From the NCBI GenBank assembly GCA_963744145.1, contig CAVUSO010000001.1, positions 7,456,001 through 7,520,000 of the forward strand: DNA of 64,000 nucleotides, written 5' to 3'. Positions within the stretch are counted from its first letter, which is position 1. The number at the start of each line of letters is the position of its first letter. Below, one piece after another: positions 1-7,670 of this stretch. Source of the stretch: an uncultured cyanobacterium. GTDB lineage: Bacteria; Cyanobacteriota; Cyanobacteriia; Cyanobacteriales; CAWUOF01. The position numbers and the translations under genes were made by a program. The notes under the pieces are model-generated. The model had not been told where the DNA came from. It ran no database searches and saw only the letters and a list, made by a program, of their open reading frames with translations.

Positions 1-1098
1 TGCTGTTAAGGATCTCTCTTCTTCCCTGTTCATAATTTTTAACATGACTCGAGTAGTTTCTTGATCTGCTTTTTGCCATTTTTTGTCTGATAATAATTGC
101 TCCAGTTTTCTCAAATCAGCTCTAGATGTAACTAAATTAACTTGGGGTGCTGGAGCAAAATTAACTTGGGGTGCTGGAGCAGGTGTAGGAGAAGTAGGTT
201 TTGGAGAAGAGCTAGTAGAATGAGGTATTTTAACATCCCCAACTTGGAGTGATGGAGCAGGTGTAGGAACCGTCATAGCATTTAACACCATTGTTGCTGT
301 CCATCTTTTTTCTCGATCTTTTTCTAATGCTCCCTGGATGATCTCCCGATATCTTTGACTAATTTTTGACCATTCTATGCTCGGTTCTTCCTGAATTACT
401 TTTACCATCAATTGCTGTTCTGTCTCCCCGATAAAGGGCAACTTTCCTGTCAGCATTTCTGCCATGATTACTCCTAATGACCATATATCCCATCCTGTTG
501 CTACTACTCCCTCATAAGCTTCCGGTGGTGCGTATTCACTTGTCCCTTTTCTACTACTTGTCCTTGCTGATTTCCCAGAATTGATTGACCTCATTAACCC
601 AAAATCTGCTAACTTCCAATGCTCCCCAACTTTAATCACATTTGCTGGTTTTACATCCCGATGTACTCGACCCTCTGGTTCTTGATGTAAATAAACTAAT
701 GCAGCACCGATTTCCTTGACGATTTTCTCTACTTCCTCCTCTCCTAATGCCCCTGGCTTTTGCTCTAGAAGTTTTGCTAGTGTTTCTGCTCCTAATTCCA
801 TCACTAAGTACAACATTTCTCCGATTTTAATTTGAGTTAACCCTGGCGCATAACAACGAATTAAATGTAGATGATCTAACTTTACTGCTGCAATTAATTC
901 TTCCAGTTGTTTCTCCCGATTTTTCTGATCTCCTTCGGGTGAAATTAGCTTTACTGCTACTTGACGAATTAGCCGATCGCCTACGACTTCATCGGCACGG
1001 AAAACTGCCCCATATCCGCCCACTCCTAAGAGTTCTTTCAGGTAATATTTTCCGTCAATACATTCTGCCTCTAACAGTCGCCACAATTGTTCATTCAT
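1..1098 (-). CDS. Ser/Thr protein kinase-GUN4-like protein, paralog of 2205-5372; 3' end runs off the window
   Basis: 271-1186 is near-identical to 4545-5460 (offset 4274). The frame from ATG 1098 (MNEQLW...) matches the open paralog through the kinase and a Pro-rich linker into the GUN4 start (LVTSRADLRKLEQLLSDKKWQKADQETTRV). Absent from the ORF track because it has no stop in the window. Confidence 0.88.
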   Translation of the reverse strand, partial: MNEQLWRLLEAECIDGKYYLKELLGVGGYGAVFRADEVVGDRLIRQVAVKLISPEGDQKNREKQLEELIAAVKLDHLHLIRCYAPGLTQIKIGEMLYLVMELGAETLAKLLEQKPGALGEEEVEKIVKEIGAALVYLHQEPEGRVHRDVKPANVIKVGEHWKLADFGLMRSINSGKSARTSSRKGTSEYAPPEAYEGVVATGWDIWSLGVIMAEMLTGKLPFIGETEQQLMVKVIQEEPSIEWSKISQRYREIIQGALEKDREKRWTATMVLNAMTVPTPAPSLQVGDVKIPHSTSSSPKPTSPTPAPAPQVNFAPAPQVNLVTSRADLRKLEQLLSDKKWQKADQETTRVMLKIMNREEERSLTA

Positions 1099-1339
1099 CA
1101 CCTTCAATTCCTGCTTGAACTTGAATAGCAATCACCGTAATATTATCATTACCACCATGTTCTAAAGCTGTTTCTAGACAAGTTTGAGTCAGGTTTTCCA
1201 TTGAGTTTTCCCACTGTTGCACTAAATCTAGTAACTCATCGTCTCTGACTTCACCATGTAATCCATCGCTATATAATATTAAAACATCTCTACCAAGATA
1301 ATTCCGATAACTTTTTATGTTCATCCCATTTTGGATCAA
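1091..1339 (-). pseudogene. C-terminal fragment of a PP2C/PPM family protein phosphatase
   Basis: ILYSDGL and GGNDNITV metal-binding motifs are present; the N-terminal half is missing. Its stop overlaps the kinase ATG (ATGAATGA). Confidence 0.8.
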
Positions 1340-1392
1340 CTGTCTGACACAATAGGATCATATCAATCAATCAAAACTCGCTAGCAAGCACT

Positions 1393-1713
1393 ATGACTAC
1401 TCTATTAATGCTTCAACCCTCATCTCTAATCTCCTCTGGTGTTAAAATGAGGCAATTCGGTAATATTTATTTATTCAAGTTTACCGATGAACTCCAGTTT
1501 TGCTTTGAAGAACTTTTAGAAAAGAAAAAAGCTCATATACTCACTCCTGACGAAGAAGCTGAATATATGGGAATATCAGAACTAGAGCAGATTTTTACCC
1601 TAATTAACGCTCAACTTGCAGCCAAAAGCCAATGGTGTCCAACTCAACTCGAAGACTTGTACGACGACGAGCCCGATACCTCTGTGAATACTGTCATTCC
1701 CCCGAATATCTAA
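1393..1713 (+). CDS. Hypothetical protein of the small cyanobacterial type found upstream of HNH genes
   Basis: 106 aa ORF with ...EELLEKKKAHILTPDEEAE...; overlaps an HNH-like start. Confidence 0.55.
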   Translation: MTTLLMLQPSSLISSGVKMRQFGNIYLFKFTDELQFCFEELLEKKKAHILTPDEEAEYMGISELEQIFTLINAQLAAKSQWCPTQLEDLYDDEPDTSVNTVIPPNI

Positions 1714-1790
1714 GCCCAGACCGTTTCACAATACTACGTTGCGATCGCCATGACTACCCTGTATCATACCTAGCATCAGCAACGATATAA
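1632..1790 (+). pseudogene. Truncated HNH endonuclease N-terminus
   Basis: Translates MVSNSTRRLVRRRARYLCEYCHSPEYLSPDRFTI, the VR.RA...CEYC pattern of HNH proteins, then loses similarity where the DH motif is expected. Confidence 0.65.
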
Positions 1791-1983
1791 TTAGTATTGA
1801 AGATTTAATTAACCGATCGCCATTCATAAAATTCATCAAATATACGGGTTAACTTACTCCTACCTTAACCCAATATTTTTTTAGCGATCGCTATGATTAA
1901 TAGTTCAGGCGATCGCTTCTCCCTAGTCAAACTTATTTAACCAACATATTTAGCGATCGCATTTAACTGTTATCTTTACCAGC

Positions 1984-2230
1984 GCGATCGCTTGCCGATC
2001 AATCGGGTGTAGGGGCGAAGCATTCGGGCGATAATTTATCACTAAAAACCGTTAATATTATATCCGAATGCTTCGCCCTTCTTCTTCTGTGCCAGCTCCC
2101 CAAAAATATCATAGTTTAAGCAACTAATGAAATGCTGCAAACCTCATTCCTACGTCATCCAATTTTTCTGAAAAATATTCTTGATCTTTTAGAAAAGCTA
2201 TATGTTAGAGTCTAGAGAAGAGAAAAGAGA
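1984..2230. repeat. 3' flank shared by both gene-terminal GUN4 cassettes (about equal to 42938-43181), including one GTAG REP hairpin
   Basis: About 245 bp similar overall; 2100-2230 differs from 43051-43181 at only a few positions. Confidence 0.9.
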
Positions 2231-4490
2231 TTCCCCAAACACCACCCCACACCCACAGAACCCCCCCGACAGCCCGCCCCTCCCACACTGGGAGGTGTCC
2301 CATAGGAGCAGAGATATTAAAAGTGAAGTTAGAGTAGCTGCTCAACCAGTTTCCTCCTTTTCTCCAGCCGACTTCATCTCCTAATTTAACATAAGTATCG
2401 GAATCATAACTATCTAGCTTCCCACCCAATTTGAGCCAGATTTTCTTCTGGACTGAAAACCCAAATTTGTCGTTAGAATACTTTAACCACAACTGGTCAA
2501 TCATCCGCAGTTCATTTTTCGGAAAATTACGACAGTTATCTGCTGTTAACCATCCCTCTTTTTCCCTGTTCATAATTTTACACATAACTCGAACAGTTTC
2601 TTGATCTGCTTCTTGCCATTTTTTGTCTAATAATAATTGATCAAGTTTCCTCAAATCAGCTCTAGATGTAACTAAATTTTCTTGGGGTGATGGAGCAGGT
2701 GTAGGAGAAGTAGGTTTTGGAGGAGAGCTAGTAGAATGAGGTATTTTAACATCCCCAACTTGGGGTGATAGAGCAGGTGTAGGAACCATGTTAGAGTCTA
2801 GAGAAGAGAAAAGAGACAATCCAAACCCCCACCCAACCCACACCCCCAAACCAAACACACCACCAGCCGGGAGGTGTCCCGCAGGAGCAGAGATATTAAA
2901 AGTGAAGTTAGAGTAGCTGCTCAACCAGTTTCCTCCTTTTCTCCAGCCGACTTCATCTCCTATTTTAACATAAGTATCGTAATCATAATCTAGCTTCCCA
3001 CCCAATTTGAGCCAGATTTTCTTCTGGACTGAAAACCCAAATTTGTCATTAGAATACTTTAACCACAACTGGTCAATCATCCGCAGTTCATTTTTCGGAA
3101 AATTACGACAGTCATCTGGTGTTAACCATCTCTCTTTTTCCCTGTTCATAATTTTACACATAACTCGAGCAGTTTCTTGATCTGCTTCTTGCCATTTTTT
3201 GTCTGATAATAATTGATCAAGTTTCCTCAAATCAGCTCTAGATGTAACTAAATTTTCTTGGGGTGATGGAGCAAAATTAACTTGGGGTGATGGAGCAGGT
3301 GTAGGAGAAGTAGGTTTTGGAGAAGAGCTAGTAGAATGAGGTATTTTAACATCCCCAACTTGGGGTGATGGAGCAGGTGTAGGAACCATGTTAGAGTCTA
3401 GAGAAGAGAAAAGAAGACAATGACCATTCAGTTCTCCCACCAAAAATCCCCCACCCCCACCCCCAGGTAAGTGACCTAGGGGAGCATAGATATTAAAAGT
3501 GAGGTCAGAGTAGTTTAACCAGTTTCCTCCTTTTCTCCAACCGACTTCATCCCCTAATTTAACATAAGTATCGGAATCATAACTATCTAGCTTCCCACCC
3601 AATTTGAGCCAGATTTTCTTCTGGACTGAAAACCCAAATTTGTCATTAGAATACTTTAACCACAACTGGTCAATCATCCGCAGTTCATTTTTCGGAAAAT
3701 TACGACAGTTATCTGCTGTTAACCATCCCTCTTTTTCCCTGTTCATAATTTTACACATAACTCGATTAGTTTCTTGATCTGCTTCTTGCCATTTTTTGTC
3801 TGATAATAATTGATCAAGTTTCCTCAAATCAGCTCTAGATGTAACTAAATTTTCTTGGGGTGATGGAGCAAAATTAACTTGGGGTGATGGAGCAGGTGTA
3901 GGAGAAGTAGGTTTTGGAGGAGAGCTAGTAGAATGAGGTATTTTAACATCCCCAACTTGGGGTGATGGAGCAGGTGTAGGAACCATATTAGAGTCTAGAG
4001 AAGATAAAAGAGACCCATCCCCCAAACCCACCCACCAACACCCCACCACAACCCAACCAAATAACGGGAGGTGTCCCCTACGAGCAGAGATATTAAAAGT
4101 GAGGTCAGAGTAGTTCAACCAGCTTCCTCCTTTTCTCCAGCCGACTTCATCCCCTAATTTAACATAAGTATTTGAATCATAACTATCTAACTTCCCACCC
4201 AATTTGAGCCAGATTTTCTTCTGGACTGAAAACCCAAATTTGTCATTAGAATACTTTAACCACAACTGGTCAATCATCCGCAGTTCATTTTTCGGAAAAT
4301 TACGACAGTTATCTTCTGTTAAGTATCCCTCTTTTTCCCTGGTCATAACTTTCAACATGACTTGAGTAGTTTCTTGATCTGCTTCTTGCCATTTTTTGTC
4401 TGATAATAATTGATCAAGTTTCCTCAAATCAGCTCTAGATGTAACTAAATTTTCTTGGGGTGATGGAGCAAAATTAACTTGGGGTGATGG
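2202..4490. repeat. Four tandem intragenic units of about 586-600 bp (linker + GUN4 + variable segment + constant tail)
   Basis: The tail ATGTTAGAGTCTAGAGAAGAGAAAAGA recurs at 2202, 2788 and 3388, and with two substitutions at 3985. Confidence 0.95.
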
Positions 4491-5372
4491 AGGAGGTGTA
4501 AGAGAAATAGGTTTTGGATGAGAGCTAATCGGAGCAGGTGTTTTCGTCATAGCATTTAACACCATTGTTGCTGTCCATCTTTTTTCTCGATCTTTTTCTA
4601 ATGCTCCCTGGATGATCTCCCGATATCTTTGACTAATTTTTGACCATTCTATGCTCGGTTCTTCCTGAATTACTTTTACCATCAATTGCTGTTCTGTCTC
4701 CCCGATAAAGGGCAACTTTCCTGTCAGCATTTCTGCCATGATTACTCCTAATGACCATATATCCCATCCTGTTGCTACTACTCCCTCATAAGCTTCCGGT
4801 GGCGCGTATTCACTTGTCCCTTTTCTACTACTTGTCCTTGCTGATTTCCCAGAATTGATTGACCTCATTAACCCAAAATCTGCTAACTTCCAATACTCCC
4901 CAACTTTAATCACATTTGCTGGTTTTACATCCCGATGTACTTGACCCTCTGGTTCTTGATGTAAATAAACTAATGCAGCACCGATTTCCTTGACGATTTT
5001 CTCTACTTCCTCCTCTCCTAATGCCCCTGGCTTTTGCTCTAGAAGTTTTGCTAGTGTTTCTGCTCCTAATTCCATCACTAAGTACAACATTTCTCCGATT
5101 TTAATTTGAGTTAACCCTGGCGCATAACAACGAATTAAATGTGGATGATCTAACTTTACTGCTGCAATTAATTCTTCCAGTTGTTTCTCCCGATTTTTCT
5201 GATCTCCTTCGGGTGAAATTAGCTTTACTGCTACTTGACGAATTAGCCGATCGCCTACGACTTCATCGGCACGGAAAACTGCCCCATATCCGCCCACTCC
5301 TAAGAGTTCTTTCAGGTAATATTTTCCGTCAATACATTCTGCCTCTAACAGTCGCCACAATTGTTCATTCAT
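2205..5372 (-). CDS. Ser/Thr protein kinase with four tandem GUN4-like domains, each ending in a hypervariable segment
   Basis: Kinase motifs GVGGYG, VAVK, HRDVKPAN, DFG and YAPPE. Four repeats of W.EADQET...IDQLW..YS..KFGFSVQK.IW...VGWR....W...GHLP. Likely start is ATG 5372 (ORF track starts at TTG 5405). Confidence 0.95.
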   Translation of the reverse strand: MNEQLWRLLEAECIDGKYYLKELLGVGGYGAVFRADEVVGDRLIRQVAVKLISPEGDQKNREKQLEELIAAVKLDHPHLIRCYAPGLTQIKIGEMLYLVMELGAETLAKLLEQKPGALGEEEVEKIVKEIGAALVYLHQEPEGQVHRDVKPANVIKVGEYWKLADFGLMRSINSGKSARTSSRKGTSEYAPPEAYEGVVATGWDIWSLGVIMAEMLTGKLPFIGETEQQLMVKVIQEEPSIEWSKISQRYREIIQGALEKDREKRWTATMVLNAMTKTPAPISSHPKPISLTPPPSPQVNFAPSPQENLVTSRADLRKLDQLLSDKKWQEADQETTQVMLKVMTREKEGYLTEDNCRNFPKNELRMIDQLWLKYSNDKFGFSVQKKIWLKLGGKLDSYDSNTYVKLGDEVGWRKGGSWLNYSDLTFNISARRGHLPLFGWVVVGCWWVGLGDGSLLSSLDSNMVPTPAPSPQVGDVKIPHSTSSPPKPTSPTPAPSPQVNFAPSPQENLVTSRADLRKLDQLLSDKKWQEADQETNRVMCKIMNREKEGWLTADNCRNFPKNELRMIDQLWLKYSNDKFGFSVQKKIWLKLGGKLDSYDSDTYVKLGDEVGWRKGGNWLNYSDLTFNIYAPLGHLPGGGGGGFLVGELNGHCLLFSSLDSNMVPTPAPSPQVGDVKIPHSTSSSPKPTSPTPAPSPQVNFAPSPQENLVTSRADLRKLDQLLSDKKWQEADQETARVMCKIMNREKERWLTPDDCRNFPKNELRMIDQLWLKYSNDKFGFSVQKKIWLKLGGKLDYDYDTYVKIGDEVGWRKGGNWLSSYSNFTFNISAPAGHLPAGGVFGLGVWVGWGFGLSLFSSLDSNMVPTPALSPQVGDVKIPHSTSSPPKPTSPTPAPSPQENLVTSRADLRKLDQLLLDKKWQEADQETVRVMCKIMNREKEGWLTADNCRNFPKNELRMIDQLWLKYSNDKFGFSVQKKIWLKLGGKLDSYDSDTYVKLGDEVGWRKGGNWLSSYSNFTFNISAPMGHLPVWEGRAVGGVLWVWGGVWGISFLFSRL

Positions 5373-5689
5373 CACCTTCAATTCCTGCTTGAACTTGAAT
5401 AGCAATCACCGTAATATTATCATTACCACCATGTTCTAAAGCTGTTTCTAGACAAGTTTGGCTCATATTTTTTAAGCGGTTCTGAAGGTAAGAGCTGATT
5501 TAATAATTCTCGAAAAGTATTAATGGCAATTTCTGATGCTCTTTTTCTTCCCTTACGTCCCTCCATTCCATCCGCAACTACTGCTAGTAAAGCAGATTGA
5601 GCTGACCAGAATTCTAACAAATGATTGTCTTCATTGACTGGACGAACTTTACCCGTATCAGTTTTAGAATTGTAGATTAGTTGTCTCAT
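5365..5689 (-). pseudogene. PP2C/PPM phosphatase with a large internal deletion
   Basis: The N-terminus (TDTGKVRPVNEDN...AVVADGMEG) is joined out of frame at about 5460 to the last ~30 codons, which match 1091-1186. Confidence 0.8.
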
Positions 5690-5928
5690 ATTAGAATTTG
5701 CTCGATTACATATTTTCACCTATCTTCATGCGATTCTGCAAGAACATTTTTGTTCCACAACCCTGACAAAACTTAGATTGAGGGGAGTTTTCCTAGGGAC
5801 AATTAGGGTTAAGACATTTAATAAGGTTACTCATAATTTTGGAAACCTGATGTGCTAAGATCAATTAGGTAATCCGATCATATCAGAAAAATTAATGGTG
5901 TTGCTGATGATCGGCAGACACCTCGAAT

Positions 5929-6195
5929 AATCAGGTAATTCCTGGTTTAGCGATTCCCCAACAAACCATATTCAAAGGCGATCGCGAAAATTTAGCGATC
6001 GCTGCGGCTAGTATTGTTGCTAAGGTATGGCGTGATGATTTGATTGTGCGTTTGGCGGTTAAATATCCTGAATATGACTTGACAAACAATAAAGGTTATG
6101 GTAGTGCTAAACATATATTAGCTTTACAACGTTATGGTGCTTCGGCACAACATCGTCTTTCGTTTCGCCCTTGTCGTGTCAGTCATGAAATTTAA
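5929..6195 (+). pseudogene. rnhB: Ribonuclease HII, C-terminal half only (5'-truncated)
   Basis: Translates ...QQTIFKGDRENLAIAAASIVAKVWRD...YPEYDLTNNKGYGSAKH...HRLSF, i.e. the KGD, IAAASIVAK, KGYG and HR.SF motifs. In-frame stop at 5908-5910 and no start codon. Confidence 0.88.
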
Positions 6196-6817
6196 AATTG
6201 TTACGGCTGTATTTGGGCTAATCTGTTTGAGCTGGGCTGATCGAGCGATCGCTCAATATCGGACCGATCGTCCAACTTTTTATCAAGATGGACAACAACA
6301 ATTAGAAAGAGAAATTAATCGTTTAAACCAAAAAAAACCAGATAATTTGCTGACAATTGACAGTGAACCGATTCATTGGCAAGAATTTAAGTTTAAACCA
6401 GGTAATTTTGCTGTTTTAATCCCGAATACTCTGATCGATCAACAAGATACTTTAAGTACGACTGAGGGCACTCTAGATTTAAAAGAGTTTAGCACACAAA
6501 CAAATTCTTTACGGTTAGTAGTAGCTTATTCAGACTATCTATCAACGGCTAATTTAAGCAACTCCGAGGTAGTTTTAGCGAATGTGCGCGATCGACTTGT
6601 TGATAAGTTAGGGGTTAAATTAGTTAGGGATAGTTCGATTACACTAGGTGATTATCCTGGTAAAGAACTAAAGTTGCAAAGTTCAACTGAGCAGATCATA
6701 TTTAGGCTATTTTTAGTTAAACAGCGTCTATATATTGTCGGAGTTACTCAGAAAAACAACGTTGATAGTTCAAAAGATATGGCCAAGTTTTTAGCTTCGT
6801 TTCGATTAATAAAATAA
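6185..6817 (+). CDS. Secreted/periplasmic hypothetical protein (possibly PsbP/DcrB-like fold)
   Basis: Signal-peptide-like start MKFKIVTAVFGLICLSWADRAIA; ends with the KFLASFRLI pattern. Confidence 0.65.
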   Translation: MKFKIVTAVFGLICLSWADRAIAQYRTDRPTFYQDGQQQLEREINRLNQKKPDNLLTIDSEPIHWQEFKFKPGNFAVLIPNTLIDQQDTLSTTEGTLDLKEFSTQTNSLRLVVAYSDYLSTANLSNSEVVLANVRDRLVDKLGVKLVRDSSITLGDYPGKELKLQSSTEQIIFRLFLVKQRLYIVGVTQKNNVDSSKDMAKFLASFRLIK

Positions 6818-6926
6818 ATCAAATCAATTCTAATTAATCTACTCGCTTTTACTACTAATTCTCAATAAGCAATAGATCACCAATCAGTACGATACCTTAA
6901 AGTGGAAAGTATATTAAATCAATAAC

Positions 6927-7670
6927 ATGAAGCTAGACTATTTACCAACCGAAAAATTTTTGGCATATCCACATCAGTTTCTCGGTAAAGTTTTAGTCGT
7001 AACTTCTTGTACTGGGGAGAAACGTTACAAACCTGAAAATCAATTGACAATAGAGGATTTTAAAGAAAAAGCTCGATTCCAACAACAAGAAGCACAACTT
7101 ACTCAATTTGCTTATCCTGCAAGTCAGATGTATACAGGGACACAACACCTACGAGCAATGGAAGGAGTTAAATTACTGCGTCAGTTCCTTGGACAGGAAG
7201 TTGTAGATGTGGTGATTTTGTCTGCGGGCTATGGTTTAATTTCTGAGAACAAAACTATTGTACCATATCAAGTCACCTTCAACACAATGAAAGGTTACGA
7301 GATCGATGAGTGGGCAAAGTTTCTGGGAATACACCAAGCTTTTGAACAAGCTATTGTTGGTTATGATTTGGTGTTTATATTGCTGGGAGAAAATTATTTG
7401 CGATCGCTTTGTCTCCCTGTTGAAACTTACGATAAGCAAACTTTTATTTTTTTAGCATCGCATCGAGGTGCCAATTATATTCGAGATTTAGCTGCAAAAG
7501 CTTATGTCCTACATCTTGCCAACGCCGATGCTAAACATTACCATTATGGATTAGTAGGTTTGAAAGGATTTTTGTTCAAAAGGTTTGCTGAATGCGTTAC
7601 AAGAGAATGGACGCTACTAAAAAAGATTTATGACCAACCAGAATTATTTGTCCAGATTGTTAGATCCTGA
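6927..7670 (+). CDS. DUF6884/YaaA-like protein associated with transglycosylase loci
   Basis: VVTSCTGEK, PASQMYTG and ILSAGYGLI motifs; overlaps the downstream dpdA-like gene. Confidence 0.65.
   Translation: MKLDYLPTEKFLAYPHQFLGKVLVVTSCTGEKRYKPENQLTIEDFKEKARFQQQEAQLTQFAYPASQMYTGTQHLRAMEGVKLLRQFLGQEVVDVVILSAGYGLISENKTIVPYQVTFNTMKGYEIDEWAKFLGIHQAFEQAIVGYDLVFILLGENYLRSLCLPVETYDKQTFIFLASHRGANYIRDLAAKAYVLHLANADAKHYHYGLVGLKGFLFKRFAECVTREWTLLKKIYDQPELFVQIVRS

Larger units (their letters stand above)
271..5460. repeat. Direct duplication of about 916 bp (271-1186 = 4545-5460) covering the PP2C 3' end and the kinase domain
   Basis: Read-by-eye alignment at constant offset 4274; only about four substitutions seen. 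Confidence 0.92.

Noticed and set aside
2202..2384. Pro/His-rich 60 aa plus-strand ORF
   Set aside because: It is the antisense shadow of the C/A-rich variable segment.
2202..4065. CRISPR-like repeat-spacer reading of the constant tail plus variable segment
   Set aside because: The period is ~600 bp inside an open reading frame, and the variable segments are low-complexity G/T sequence, unlike captured foreign DNA.
2205..4450. Chlorophyll-biosynthesis gun4 (ycf53) gene
   Set aside because: These are C-terminal GUN4-like modules on a kinase and a TPR protein, not the standalone Mg-chelatase cofactor, so no gene symbol is assigned.
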